A DNA stretch of 64,000 nucleotides, from positions 27,080-91,079 of the forward strand of contig JBCDKA010000001.1 in the NCBI GenBank assembly GCA_038747195.1, given 5' to 3'. This DNA comes from Pseudomonadota bacterium (GTDB taxonomy: Bacteria > Pseudomonadota > Gammaproteobacteria > Xanthomonadales > SZUA-38). The position numbers were made by a program, and so were the translations under genes. The notes under the pieces are model-generated. The model saw only the letters and a program-made list of their open reading frames with translations. It was not told where the DNA came from and did not search any database. Positions 1 to 10,412 of this stretch are shown piece after piece (positions within the stretch are counted from its first letter, which is position 1; each line of letters opens with the position of its first letter).

Positions 1-1
1 C

Positions 2-1210
2 GGACTGGACCTCCGCGACGAGCTGACGGCCGCCGGCGTCACGGTCGACATAGCCGAGGCCGCCAGCTTGTTGTGGCGCGAACTCGTCCACCGGCAAGCC
101 CCACATCCCCTGCGGCTGGAAGAACGGGCACCAGCGCCGCGATCGGAAGAAGACACGGCTTCGCCCCCCCAGATCGACGCCGCAGATGCGGCGGCGCTGG
201 ACCGGGCGATCGAGGTGAGCGGCAACCCGGTGCCCCTTTTTCGCGCGCGGATCACCCTGCTGAACGAGCAGGGTGCCCATGCTGAACTCGCTGCCTGGCT
301 GGGTAAATGGCACGACCAACGGCCCGACGACCCCTTTTTAGCCCTGGAGCGGGCAAGGGCGGCGTGGGCGGCTGGCGACCGCAACGCTGCGGTACGCCAT
401 GCCGAGACCGCCGAGCGACTCGCGCCGAGCTGGGCTGAGCCGCCGGCTCGGCTGGCCGAGTGGGCCTGGGTCGCCGGCAACTGGGAGGATGCGGCAAGCC
501 GTTACCGCAGCCTTTACGCCGCCCAAAGCGCGGTGGGTCGGCCGCCAGCCGTGGCGGCCCAGATATTTTTTGATCGCGGAGAGGGCTTTACCGCGGAGGC
601 GTCGATCACTCAGCGCCTCTCAGGCGACGAGGTGTCCTTCAACTTGTCTGCCGATCGCCTGGAAGAAGGCTCGCTCGGGCGCGGGGTACATCGGCTTCGC
701 CTCGATCCCGCCAATCAGCCGGCTGTCGTCACAGACCTTGCTGTGCAGGTGACACTTGTTGGGGGAGAGACGACGGATCTTGAGTGTCATCTCGACAACG
801 CGCTGTTCCGTCACGAGGGCACCTGGCATTTCCAAACGGACGATCCGCAGCTGCACTTCGATCTTGGCCCACGAGCGCCGGCCGATATCGAATCCATTGC
901 GGTGTCCTTCACCCTTCTTCATCGCGGCGATGCGGTGCGGGAAGCCAATGCCAGCGCGCTGGTCGCGTTGACCAGGTTGCTGCCCACGTTGCACGACCTG
1001 CGGGAGAAGCTGACATCTCTCGATACGGAACAACGGGCGATGGAACAGGCCGTGGCTGCGGCGCGCGAAAGCGTTGGCGGAGGCCTACCGGGGTGGCTGG
1101 TGTCGCAGCTCACCCGGGGCGGCGTTCCGGCGGCACTGGAACGGCTAGAGCAGCGCTGGAAATCTCTCGACGCGTTGCTGGCCAGCCTGCCAAACAGGCA
1201 GGAAGACTAA
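2..1210 (+). CDS. TPR-containing protein with jelly-roll/CBM-like domain and coiled coil; 5'-truncated at window edge, probably glycan-biosynthesis associated
   Basis: Frame is open from base 2, so the TTG at 68 is probably not the true start. Ala/Trp-rich TPR-like helices (ARAAWAAGDRNAAVRHAETAERLAPSW), then QIFFDRGEGF..LRLDP..TDDPQL beta domain. Confidence 0.6.
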   Translation, partial: GLDLRDELTAAGVTVDIAEAASLLWRELVHRQAPHPLRLEERAPAPRSEEDTASPPQIDAADAAALDRAIEVSGNPVPLFRARITLLNEQGAHAELAAWLGKWHDQRPDDPFLALERARAAWAAGDRNAAVRHAETAERLAPSWAEPPARLAEWAWVAGNWEDAASRYRSLYAAQSAVGRPPAVAAQIFFDRGEGFTAEASITQRLSGDEVSFNLSADRLEEGSLGRGVHRLRLDPANQPAVVTDLAVQVTLVGGETTDLECHLDNALFRHEGTWHFQTDDPQLHFDLGPRAPADIESIAVSFTLLHRGDAVREANASALVALTRLLPTLHDLREKLTSLDTEQRAMEQAVAAARESVGGGLPGWLVSQLTRGGVPAALERLEQRWKSLDALLASLPNRQED

Positions 1211-1236
1211 CTATTGCACTGACAATATCTATTGAT

Positions 1237-2079
1237 ATGAATACCGAAACGAACCTGGACAAAGAAGCCTGGATCCTCGACCACTTTTCCTGCCCTTCCT
1301 GTCGCGCCCAAGAGCGACTAGTGCAAGAGGGTGACCTGTTCGTTTGCCCTGCCTGCAAAACTGCTTTTCCTCAAGATGCCGGCGCGATGAGCTTCTTGAC
1401 GCCGCAGATGCGACGTAAGTTTGGCATCGATGAAACCACCAACGTCTCGGCCCACGGCTATGACGAAAACGCGAGAAAAATCCTGGATCGAGGGGGGATG
1501 GTGCTCGATTGTGGGGCAGGGAAGAAGAACGTGACTTTCCCGAATCTGATTCAGTGTGAGGTGGTCGACTACCCTCATGTGGACGTGCTCGCGGTCAACC
1601 AGGCGCTGCCTTTTCAGGATGCGTGTTTCGACGCAGTCCTGTCCCTGGACGTCCTCGAACACGTGGATCAGCCGTTTGACTGTGCGGCCGAGATTCTGAG
1701 AGTGCTCAAACCCGGCGGCAAAATCTATTGCAACGTGCCGTTCCTGCAGCGTGAACACGGCTACCCGCACCACTATTTCGGCATGACGCGCATGGGTATT
1801 CGGCGACTGTTCGGCGATCAGATCGAGGTTGAGGACCACCAGGTGCCGTTATCCGGGCATCCCATCTGGGCACTATGGATGATGCTGCAGACGTATCGCG
1901 ACGGTTTGCCAACCGAACTGCGCGATGAGTTTCACAGACTCCGAGTTGCCGACATTCTAGACTTGAACCCGGTGGATTGGATGCGAGAGAAGCTGGTAAC
2001 CGAACTGGGTGAAGAGGCTCGCTGGAGGATTGCCACAACAACGGCATTGTTGGCGCACAAACGCGAAACAGACGGATAG
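1237..2079 (+). CDS. Class I SAM-dependent methyltransferase with N-terminal Trm112-like zinc ribbon
   Basis: ATG at 1237 within ORF 784..2079. CPSC..CPAC, VLDCGAG (motif I), LPFQDACFDAVLSLDVLEHV, RVLKPGG. Confidence 0.85.
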   Translation: MNTETNLDKEAWILDHFSCPSCRAQERLVQEGDLFVCPACKTAFPQDAGAMSFLTPQMRRKFGIDETTNVSAHGYDENARKILDRGGMVLDCGAGKKNVTFPNLIQCEVVDYPHVDVLAVNQALPFQDACFDAVLSLDVLEHVDQPFDCAAEILRVLKPGGKIYCNVPFLQREHGYPHHYFGMTRMGIRRLFGDQIEVEDHQVPLSGHPIWALWMMLQTYRDGLPTELRDEFHRLRVADILDLNPVDWMREKLVTELGEEARWRIATTTALLAHKRETDG

Positions 2080-2383
2080 CAGACAAAGGCATCGACATAT
2101 TGCGGCAGTCCTTTGCACGCCGGGTAACGCAAGATCTACCGTTTCCCGCTCAGCCACCCGTCGCCCGTGGCTGGGAACGAGAAGTCCGTGGCCGGATGGG
2201 GTAGACGAACCCCGGTCTCAAGCCTATCGTTCATTTGACCGATTGAAAGTGAAGTGCGCGGAAAATTGGAAAGATGTTCCTTTTTTCGCCTCGGTGACGT
2301 CGAGCAAGGCGAAGGCGGGGCGAGAAAGCGATACTGCTCCATAGTCCGAAACGAAGTGCCAAAGGGAAAGGCGGATTAAATCA

Positions 2384-4909
2384 ATGATGATCGATCGTTT
2401 TTGGGCGGTGTTGCTGATCATGCTAAGCGTCGCTATGCCGGCAGCAGCGGGCAACCTGGAAGTCCTTGTGCCCGGTGCCGGTGGCGTCGTCGTCGGTGAG
2501 GCGCAAGATTATGCGACCGTCGAGCTAGGCGACCCTTGGGATATGAGCAATCCCGAGGACGTGGTCCTGACTGAATCGATTCAGTTGACCGGCGAGGGTT
2601 TTGGGTCGGGTGTTTACAGCGCGACCAGTACAGGCAATGACCCAGCTTTCTTTGCGTTGTTCTCGGGGATTCCCAGTTCGGTCGTCAACAGAAACCGCGG
2701 TCAGCTTTTTCCGATCGACACCTCCGTCTATCGCTATGTGACGCTGCGGGTCCGTTACCTTCAGCCGGCGCCAGAACCCGCAACACCGCATTGTGTTCAG
2801 GTCTTCTTTTACGACGAGCTGTCGGCGGGAGGCAGTACGTTTGGCGCCGCTAATCGACAGTGCCGAAATCAGGACGGCGAATTAATGCGGGGCACCGACT
2901 GGAACGTCGTTACGGTCGATCTCCTGGCGGACTCTCCCAGTGGCGATATCGGGTCGCAGCCTTGGAGCGCGTTTGCTGACGCCAAAGGACTGCGTTTCGA
3001 CATGACGGACCTCCCCGGCATCACCTTTCAGCTCGACTGGATCAGACTGGTCGCCGACGGACAGACGGTGGCCGAAACGCAGGTGCAATGGACCGATGCG
3101 GGTGACGGGCCTTATGCCGTGAGTGCTATTGCGCCGAACGGCCAAAGCTATCTGCTCGGTGAAGGTTTCGCGGGCACTCAGGCGACCGTCGACCTGAGCG
3201 CACTCCCCCCAAATAGTTATGTCATCCGAGTTTATGGCCAGTTCTCATCAGCAGACAGCCCCGGCAATGTCCGGGTCAACGCAGCGCCGATTCTGAATTT
3301 CAACGAACCCGACGTGCGGGGAGATGTCGCTAATCGCTTCTCCATTGCAGAACTCGGAAATCCTTGGGGTCCGATCGAAGCAGCCGATGTTGCCAGCACC
3401 ACACAGCTGGTGGGTATCAGCTATTCAGGCGGTTCGTTGAGCGCCACGTCGACCGGAGACGACTCAACGATATTAATGAATGCCACCGTGCCGATTGATA
3501 CGGCACTCTACCGAATGCTGACCTATCAATTCGAAGTTAGCGGCGAGCGCGATATCGGCACGGGCTCTGTGGCCCGGGTGTTGTGGGGTAACAACCTCTC
3601 AACGCTGACCACCAGCGACGACATCATTGTTCAAGAGGGCACCAACGTTTACGAGATCGGAGACATGCGGCTGCTCGAAACGGAAACCGAGGGTGCAAAC
3701 CGTTGGTTCGGCACGGTCGACTTTTTTCGGTTTGACCCTCACGAGTTCCCGACCCAGAAGACGGTGAGGCTGGACTCCATCATTCTGGCGCCCCTGGACA
3801 CCGCCGACCCGGTTTTCAACATCGAGTGGGAAGCCTCCGACCCCGAAGACAACGCGTCGATTCGATTGTTTGTGGACAACGACACCGTCCGCGAAAATAT
3901 GCCGCCGCCAACGCTGATTTTCGACAATCTTCGGGAGAACACCGACACGAGCGCTTTGTGGAATGGGCCTCAGGATGTGCCCAGCGGAGAATATTTTGTG
4001 CTGGCTGAGGTCAGCGATGCATTCAACACAACCTATCGATACTCGACGGGTCCGGTACGAGTTGGAGCGGCGCCCGTGACCTCCATCACCATCACCGAAC
4101 CAGACGGGAACGCGGACGTGATTGCCCCCATCGGTGACTTTGCCCGGGATGTGCTCGGAAATGCCTGGCTGATGGATAGTCCTGAGGACGTGATTCTCTC
4201 TCGCTCGCGCGGACTGACCGGAGAGTCGATCAGCGGGGGAGTGTATCGGGCGACAACCGACACCAACGATCCCTCGTTTATCCTTCTTTTCCCCGGCGAC
4301 AACACCGCGGACGGAGCCGAGACGCCAATTGCGTCTTCAGTCTACCGGCGGCTGCTAGCAAAGGTGCGTTACCAGTCCGCCGACCCTCAGCAGTTCTCGG
4401 TGAACTTTTTTCGCGACGCGTCTTTGACCGATGGTGTCTTCGGGACAACCCAGGGAGTCGCGGTGTTCCCTGGACAATGGCAAGTTGTTGAGGTTGACCT
4501 TGCAGCGAGGTCAGTCCCCGCATTAGCCAATTGGCTGGACGAGCCGAACTGGCAAAGCCTGCGAATTGACCCCACATCGCAGCCCGGTGTGATGATTGAG
4601 ATCGATTGGATTGTCCTGGTTGAAGATTCGGGGCCGGAAAATACTTATGAAGTCAGATGGTTGGCATCGGAGCTGGGTGATGTAACTCAGGGCGTCAATG
4701 TCGTCGATGAGGCGGGTGACGTGATTCCTCTGGTCGATGGGCTCCCGGGAAGCGCCAGGGCCTACACGGCTGACCTGGGTTTTTTGCCAGAGGGCAGCTA
4801 TCTGCCCCAGGTTTTTGCCGACCCGGGCCCGACGGCAACCGCCTCCAACCCTGTTGTGTTGGGTGAGGACGTGCCGTTTGATCGCATTTTTATTGACGGC
4901 TTCGAATAG
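2384..4909 (+). CDS. Large secreted protein with three internal CBM-like repeats and C-terminal DRIFIDGFE tag
   Basis: Sec signal (MMIDRFWAVLLIMLSVAMPAAA). Three repeats starting (D/R)(Y/F)xxxxLG(D/N)(P/A)W and ending (L/F)R(F/I)D..(L/I)D(W/S)I. Ends DRIFIDGFE*. Confidence 0.8.
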   Translation: MMIDRFWAVLLIMLSVAMPAAAGNLEVLVPGAGGVVVGEAQDYATVELGDPWDMSNPEDVVLTESIQLTGEGFGSGVYSATSTGNDPAFFALFSGIPSSVVNRNRGQLFPIDTSVYRYVTLRVRYLQPAPEPATPHCVQVFFYDELSAGGSTFGAANRQCRNQDGELMRGTDWNVVTVDLLADSPSGDIGSQPWSAFADAKGLRFDMTDLPGITFQLDWIRLVADGQTVAETQVQWTDAGDGPYAVSAIAPNGQSYLLGEGFAGTQATVDLSALPPNSYVIRVYGQFSSADSPGNVRVNAAPILNFNEPDVRGDVANRFSIAELGNPWGPIEAADVASTTQLVGISYSGGSLSATSTGDDSTILMNATVPIDTALYRMLTYQFEVSGERDIGTGSVARVLWGNNLSTLTTSDDIIVQEGTNVYEIGDMRLLETETEGANRWFGTVDFFRFDPHEFPTQKTVRLDSIILAPLDTADPVFNIEWEASDPEDNASIRLFVDNDTVRENMPPPTLIFDNLRENTDTSALWNGPQDVPSGEYFVLAEVSDAFNTTYRYSTGPVRVGAAPVTSITITEPDGNADVIAPIGDFARDVLGNAWLMDSPEDVILSRSRGLTGESISGGVYRATTDTNDPSFILLFPGDNTADGAETPIASSVYRRLLAKVRYQSADPQQFSVNFFRDASLTDGVFGTTQGVAVFPGQWQVVEVDLAARSVPALANWLDEPNWQSLRIDPTSQPGVMIEIDWIVLVEDSGPENTYEVRWLASELGDVTQGVNVVDEAGDVIPLVDGLPGSARAYTADLGFLPEGSYLPQVFADPGPTATASNPVVLGEDVPFDRIFIDGFE

Positions 4910-5011
4910 GTAAGAAAGCAAACCGCTGGCTCGCCAGGACAAGGGTGGCGCGAGGACCCGGTAGTCATTACTATCCGTAGCGCTTTTCCTTTGTCCTTAC
5001 GAACCTGGCCG

Positions 5012-5785
5012 ATGCCGCCTCATAACCACCACTTTTTCATGCATATCCCGAAAACGGCCGGGACAACGTTGCGGACTGTGCTCGAGCTGCGCTTTGACGC
5101 GCAGAGGACCGTCCCCTCCGACCAGGTGATGCGGCAGTCGTTTAACGGCAATTATCCGCCTATTCCTTACTTAATGGAGTTGTCGGAGGACGTCTGGTCC
5201 AACACCCAGCTTTTGCGCGGACACTATCCGTGGCAGCTCATGAAACGCTTTGCTCGAACGCCCGTCATGCTGACCATGCTTCGAGAGCCGGTGGCGAGAA
5301 GCGTGTCGCACCTTCGCCACGTGCGTCGCAACGCGGCCTGGGCCAAAGACTTGAGTCTCGCCGACATCATGCAGAAGCGGGCCTTTGTGCAGTCCCATAT
5401 CGCCAATATTCAAACCCGGATGTTGACGATGCGATTCGCCCTCGACGATCCATCAGCGTGGCCGGCGGACGTCAACCAACCTTTTCCGCTCAGCGAAGAA
5501 TCCTATCGCCGAGCGCTGGTAACGCTTCGATCTTTTGAGTTTGTCGGGATTCAGGAGCGATTCGACGAATCTATGGCGTTGATGTTCGATATGTTTCGCT
5601 GGGCTCTGCCAAACGACTTTCCCAGGGCCAACGAAAGTACGGATGACGTTGAGCTGGACGACGAGCTTCGCCGTCAGCTTGCCGATATCAATACCTATGA
5701 TCTCCGCCTTTATGATGAGGCGGTGGCGCTTTTTGAGCAGCGGCTAAACCATAGTATTGATCGGAGCGGTGCCTCTGACGGGTGA
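5012..5785 (+). CDS. Sulfotransferase family 2 protein
   Basis: 5'-PSB motif FMHIPKTAGTT, 3'-PB motif LREPVARSVS, FVGIQERFDES and N..DLRLY. Confidence 0.85.
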   Translation: MPPHNHHFFMHIPKTAGTTLRTVLELRFDAQRTVPSDQVMRQSFNGNYPPIPYLMELSEDVWSNTQLLRGHYPWQLMKRFARTPVMLTMLREPVARSVSHLRHVRRNAAWAKDLSLADIMQKRAFVQSHIANIQTRMLTMRFALDDPSAWPADVNQPFPLSEESYRRALVTLRSFEFVGIQERFDESMALMFDMFRWALPNDFPRANESTDDVELDDELRRQLADINTYDLRLYDEAVALFEQRLNHSIDRSGASDG

Positions 5786-5963
5786 CGCGACAGGTCACAT
5801 TCTGCCCTCTTGGGGCCAATCGCTAGCGCATTTGGCGCCTGTCCTGCTGAAGGGTGCGTCACAGTTTTCGAACAGGTGCCAGAAAAGAGATACGGGTCAC
5901 ACAAGCGCCAAATGATCCACTGCTAGACTCGCGGGTTCTTACGATTGTGTAGAGGTTTTCCGA

Positions 5964-7988
5964 ATGGATCGTTCTGAGTCACGTCGCCGCTTTTTGACGG
6001 GGTCCGCGGCAGCTGTTGCCACCACGGCGGTTGCCAGCACTACAGCTGATGATAGTGCGAGGGCTCAACCCAAGCTTAAACCGCTGGCGAAGAAGGCGCG
6101 TGAATTCGCCGCTGGGGCCAAGGGGGGCTCGGATAACACCTTGACGCCACCGCTGGCGGTGCGGGTTTTCCACAAGATGGGTTTTGGACCCGCTCGCAGA
6201 GAGCTTAAGTCCGGCGTGACCGCTGATCCAGTTGATCCAGGTTTGGTGTTCTCGAACAGCTTCGAGCCACCCCCGGGAGGCGGGGGTGTCGGCAAATTTG
6301 GTGACCTTGGGAAAGACGACGTCGGCTACTTCATGTCGCTCGGATCGAACGACGACGAACGACTGGAAAATTATGTTGACGAACAGCTCAACCCCGCGAG
6401 CATCGACGACAGCGACTTTGATGCTCGGATGGCGCCGTTCGAGGGTCTTTTTGAGTCTCTCGACGAAAGCCGGGTGACCTCTTTCGCAAACCGCGAATGT
6501 GACGGTGACCAAAACGTGTACCTGCGGCCCTACCGCGACGTTCGCAACATGTCATTCAACCGCGCGGTGTTTAGCAATAAGCAGCTGTTCGAGCTCATCG
6601 TCGACTTTTGGCATAACCACTTCAACGTGTTTGTCCGTGGTAACCGCGATATCGAAGTCGGCTGGTCGTCCTGGGACCGAGACGTTATCCGCGCGAACGC
6701 GTTTGGCAACTTTGCCAACATGCTAGAGGCTTCGGGTAAGCACCCGGTCATGCTCCGCTACTTGGACAACTACGTGAACTCAGCGGGCGGCATCAACGAA
6801 AACTACGCCCGCGAACTGTTCGAACTTCATTGCCTTGGCGCGGAGAACTATGGAGGCGTTGAGCGACCGTTCACCGGCTTTGAGCTGCTGCCGGAGAATC
6901 CCTACGTCGCAATCAACAACTTCGATATGGGCAACTTTGCCAATCCGAGCATTCAGATTGCCGCCCAATACTACGATGATGACGTGTATGAAGCTGCGGC
7001 TGGCCTGACGGGCTGGCGCTACGAGCAAAACGGGAACTCAACCCCGGGACAATGTGATACGGGCTTCTTTTTTGTCGACCTCGGTGAGCACGATGAGACC
7101 GGCAAGTCGATTCTCAGCACCGCGTCCAACATCATTCCGGCCAACACAGAGCCTGAGCGGGAAGGGGAGCTCATCATGCGGGTGGCGGCATACCACCCCG
7201 GCACGGCAACCTACATTGCCCGAAAGCTGTGTCAGCGACTGATTTCGGACAACCCGCCGGAGTCGATTGTGCAGGCCGCCGCTGCGGAATTCTTCGCGTT
7301 CCGAGAGTCGCCGAATCAGATCAGGCGTACCCTTCGGGTGATCTTGCTCTCTGATGCCTTCAAAAACACCTGGGGCGAAAAGAAAAAGCGGCCATTCGAG
7401 TACGTCGTCTCGTGTATGCGTGCCGCCGGTGGTAACCACATTTTGCGGGAAGAGGATTCGACGGACACGACCCGTCGCTTCCACTGGGAGTTTGACGACA
7501 CCCGCCAGGAGCTTTTCCATTGGCCGACACCCGATGGCTATCCGGATAACCGGGAGCATTGGGAAGGGTCCACATCACTGGTCCAGACGTGGCAGGCGAT
7601 CGATTGGATGCTCGACCGCGATGCAGGCAACAGCGATCGGATGATGCGGGTCACCGAGATCGTCCGGGAGAACCTAAACGGCGATTTTACGCCAAGGCAG
7701 CTCGCCGAGTTCTGGTGTTCGTGGATTATGGGCTACACACCCTCTGGAGGCTGGGTTGGCAACAGCATCGGATACCAGGATGCCAACACTCAGTTGGGTG
7801 GCGTCGCGATGCAGTTTATGACCCAGGTAGATCTGCCAAATCCGGATAACCTGCCGCATTTCTATCTGTACGACCAGACCATCCCACGCCTCGATGTGTT
7901 TGAGGATGACTACCCCTATTATTGGCGCCGAAGAATGATCGGCATGGTAGACCTGATTCTCTGGTCTCCGACCTTTATTCAGCGCTGA
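5964..7988 (+). CDS. DUF1800 family protein, Tat-exported
   Basis: SRRRFL twin-arginine signal, GFGP, FWHNHFNV, MLRYLDN, INENYARELFELHCLG, KRPFEYVVS, PTPDGYP. Confidence 0.9.
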   Translation: MDRSESRRRFLTGSAAAVATTAVASTTADDSARAQPKLKPLAKKAREFAAGAKGGSDNTLTPPLAVRVFHKMGFGPARRELKSGVTADPVDPGLVFSNSFEPPPGGGGVGKFGDLGKDDVGYFMSLGSNDDERLENYVDEQLNPASIDDSDFDARMAPFEGLFESLDESRVTSFANRECDGDQNVYLRPYRDVRNMSFNRAVFSNKQLFELIVDFWHNHFNVFVRGNRDIEVGWSSWDRDVIRANAFGNFANMLEASGKHPVMLRYLDNYVNSAGGINENYARELFELHCLGAENYGGVERPFTGFELLPENPYVAINNFDMGNFANPSIQIAAQYYDDDVYEAAAGLTGWRYEQNGNSTPGQCDTGFFFVDLGEHDETGKSILSTASNIIPANTEPEREGELIMRVAAYHPGTATYIARKLCQRLISDNPPESIVQAAAAEFFAFRESPNQIRRTLRVILLSDAFKNTWGEKKKRPFEYVVSCMRAAGGNHILREEDSTDTTRRFHWEFDDTRQELFHWPTPDGYPDNREHWEGSTSLVQTWQAIDWMLDRDAGNSDRMMRVTEIVRENLNGDFTPRQLAEFWCSWIMGYTPSGGWVGNSIGYQDANTQLGGVAMQFMTQVDLPNPDNLPHFYLYDQTIPRLDVFEDDYPYYWRRRMIGMVDLILWSPTFIQR

Positions 7989-7998
7989 GGATTTAGAC

Positions 7999-9291
7999 AT
8001 GGATAACGTCAACAAGAAACGACTGATGATTCAAAACCCGAATCGGCGCCGATTCTTTGGTCAGACCCTCGCTGCCGGTGGTGCTGCGGGAGTTGGGCTG
8101 GGCTTTTCACAAATCGCCTCGGCACAGGCTGTCGGCGGCCGGCGAAAAACGCTCGTCTATATCTTCCTGCGGGGCGGTATGGATGGACTGAGCTTCCTGG
8201 TCCCGCGGTCGACCGGCATTTTCTCCTCTGCCTACCAGCTTAATCGGGATGCAACCTACATTGCCGATACGCTCGGTCTGACGCCTAACTGGGGAATGCA
8301 TCCTTGGTGCGGTGAGTTGATGGACCTCTGGGCCAGTGGAAATCTCAGCTTGGTCCACATGTGCGGTCACAAGGATCCGGATACCTACACCCGAAGCCAC
8401 TTCGATGCACAGGAGCAGATCGAACTGGGTACGCCCGGCTCTCAGACCGCCAACGCTGGCTGGCTGGCTCGTTACCTCAATGCAGCCAACGATGCGCCGC
8501 CGAATCCGTTGTTCACGGCGATGGTGTCCGGCGGCAACCCCCCGACCAGCGTCAACGGCTGGCCAGACGTGGCGACGATCGACTCAACGAACGGCTTTAC
8601 GCCCAACAGCGGAACCTACGAGGAAGCACATCTGCAGCTTCTCGCCGAGATGTACCAGGGCTCTGGTTCACTCGACGATGCGGTTTCAACGGCAATGCTG
8701 GCGATCGAAACTATTAACGACCTTGACTTGGATGACTACACGCCGGCGGGCAACGTCACCTATCCCAACAGCGGGATTGGTAACGATCTGAAGCTTGCCG
8801 CGAGCGTCATTCGGCAGGATCTGGGTGTCGGCGTCATCACTGCGGATCGCGGCGGCTGGGATACGCACAATACGCAAAACGTGCTGGCCAACGGCTACGG
8901 AACGCGACTCGAAGACCTGACGAATGCCCTCGCTGCCTTTTATAAGGACATGATCGCGGCCAACTACGACGAAGATGTCGCCGTGATTGTGCAGAGCGAG
9001 TTCGGTCGCCAGGTCAAGGAGAACGACAATCGAGGGACCGACCACGGTCTGGGTAACGTCATGATGGTGCTGGGATCAACCAGTCGAATGAACGGCGGTC
9101 TTTGGGGCACGTTCCCGGGTTTCGACAATACGCCTGGCAACGCCTTTATCCCGACGACCGATTTCCGCGACGTCATGATCGCGGTGGCTCACGGCGTGCT
9201 GGGGAACTCCGGTTACAGCGGTGGCCAGTCGGCGATTTTCCCCGGCCACAACTACGAAGCTGTGCCCGGAATGCTCCGCACAAACCTGTAA
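7999..9291 (+). CDS. DUF1501 family protein, Tat-exported
   Basis: NRRRFF signal, LVYIFLRGGMDGL, RSHFDAQ, GGWDTH, SEFGR..ENDNRGTDHG, TTDFRDV. Directly follows DUF1800, the usual pairing. Confidence 0.9.
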   Translation: MDNVNKKRLMIQNPNRRRFFGQTLAAGGAAGVGLGFSQIASAQAVGGRRKTLVYIFLRGGMDGLSFLVPRSTGIFSSAYQLNRDATYIADTLGLTPNWGMHPWCGELMDLWASGNLSLVHMCGHKDPDTYTRSHFDAQEQIELGTPGSQTANAGWLARYLNAANDAPPNPLFTAMVSGGNPPTSVNGWPDVATIDSTNGFTPNSGTYEEAHLQLLAEMYQGSGSLDDAVSTAMLAIETINDLDLDDYTPAGNVTYPNSGIGNDLKLAASVIRQDLGVGVITADRGGWDTHNTQNVLANGYGTRLEDLTNALAAFYKDMIAANYDEDVAVIVQSEFGRQVKENDNRGTDHGLGNVMMVLGSTSRMNGGLWGTFPGFDNTPGNAFIPTTDFRDVMIAVAHGVLGNSGYSGGQSAIFPGHNYEAVPGMLRTNL

Positions 9292-9305
9292 CTGCGCCTG
9301 GGTTT

Positions 9306-9338
9306 CAAGCGGCTGGCGGCTTGATCGCCGGCCGCTTG
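9306..9338. terminator. GC-rich hairpin between convergent DUF1501 and GT2 genes (possible terminator)
   Basis: caagcggctggcg / cgccggccgcttg 13-bp stem with one G-U pair and a 7-nt loop. No long U tract. Confidence 0.4.
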
Positions 9339-10412
9339 CTACCTCTCAAACACCGTCTTTCTTCCCGTCAGGATGTACCGGCGAAAATAGCTGACGTAGC
9401 GTGGAAGGAAAAACTCCTGTGCTCTCAGGATCTGCCAGGCGGACACTCGCCGCTTCGAAGCAAATGCCACTCTGGATGAATTGATCCGCGCCCGTGCTTT
9501 CCACGTCTCGCTGAGTGCGCGCAGATGGGCGCCGGTTAGCGCCCAGCGCCCAAACAGCGACGAAACGAGCAGCACGCCCAGTGTCTTGGTGACCAGAAAG
9601 GGGGCGTTACAAAGCGCGACGGGTAGCGGAACCAGCTTCAGGTAAGTGAAATTGATGTTCAGCTGAATGCGCATCGCGTACTCACGGCTGCGCACCTTGT
9701 CGACCGACCGGCTGATCTTGTGGCGCACGAGGGCTCTTGGCTCATAGAATGAAGGATAGCCTGCCAGGAAGGCCCGTAGTCCGAACTCCGCATCTTCGTA
9801 ACCGGTCTCGAAGAAAGCGTCAAACAGCCCCAGCTCCGCCAGCAGCTCCGTCGCAATGAGCATCGCCCCGGCGCAAACGCCGATGAGCTCAACCGGGTCC
9901 TGATAGTCAGCTGGGTTTTCACTGGTGCCTCGAGGAATGATCTCTCCGGAATCGAGCCAGCAGTGACCCGCATTGTCCAATTCGTTTGCATTGAAGTAAT
10001 TGACCATGCAAGAGCCGACGATCGACCTGCCGGATTCAGCTGCGTCCAGCAACATTTCCAGCCACCGTGGGTCAGGGACCGTATCGTTGTTGAGCAGGAC
10101 GACCCATCTCGGGCGAGGAGAATCCGCCAATATGTTTTGCAGCGCCCGGTTTACGCCCCCGGTGAACCCCAGGTTTTGTGGGTTGGTAAACAGTGAGATT
10201 TTGGGGTCTTTCCCATAGCGCTCTTGAAGCTCTAGAAAATCGTTACCGTCCGAACCGTTGTCGATTAGATGCACCACAAAATCCTGGCAGGTCTGGCTGG
10301 CCAGGCTGTCAATGCACTCGATCGTATCGCTCAACCCATTCCAGTTGAGGATAACGATTGGCGTCGGCGGCTCCGTGTGATCTGGTTCCACCGGATCAGG
10401 CGCCCCGTACAC
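9339..10412 (-). CDS. Glycosyltransferase family 2 (rhamnosyltransferase/WbbL-like)
   Basis: IVILNWNG, IDNGS, NLGFTGGVN, LLNNDT, GYEDAEFGLRA. Confidence 0.9.
   Translation of the reverse strand: MYGAPDPVEPDHTEPPTPIVILNWNGLSDTIECIDSLASQTCQDFVVHLIDNGSDGNDFLELQERYGKDPKISLFTNPQNLGFTGGVNRALQNILADSPRPRWVVLLNNDTVPDPRWLEMLLDAAESGRSIVGSCMVNYFNANELDNAGHCWLDSGEIIPRGTSENPADYQDPVELIGVCAGAMLIATELLAELGLFDAFFETGYEDAEFGLRAFLAGYPSFYEPRALVRHKISRSVDKVRSREYAMRIQLNINFTYLKLVPLPVALCNAPFLVTKTLGVLLVSSLFGRWALTGAHLRALSETWKARARINSSRVAFASKRRVSAWQILRAQEFFLPRYVSYFRRYILTGRKTVFER

Noticed and set aside
784-1236. Long N-terminal extensions in the ORF track (methyltransferase, also manA, M23, trmB, proS, thyA, YyaL)
   Set aside because: They overlap neighbouring genes or elements and precede the family-typical N-terminus, so downstream starts were used.
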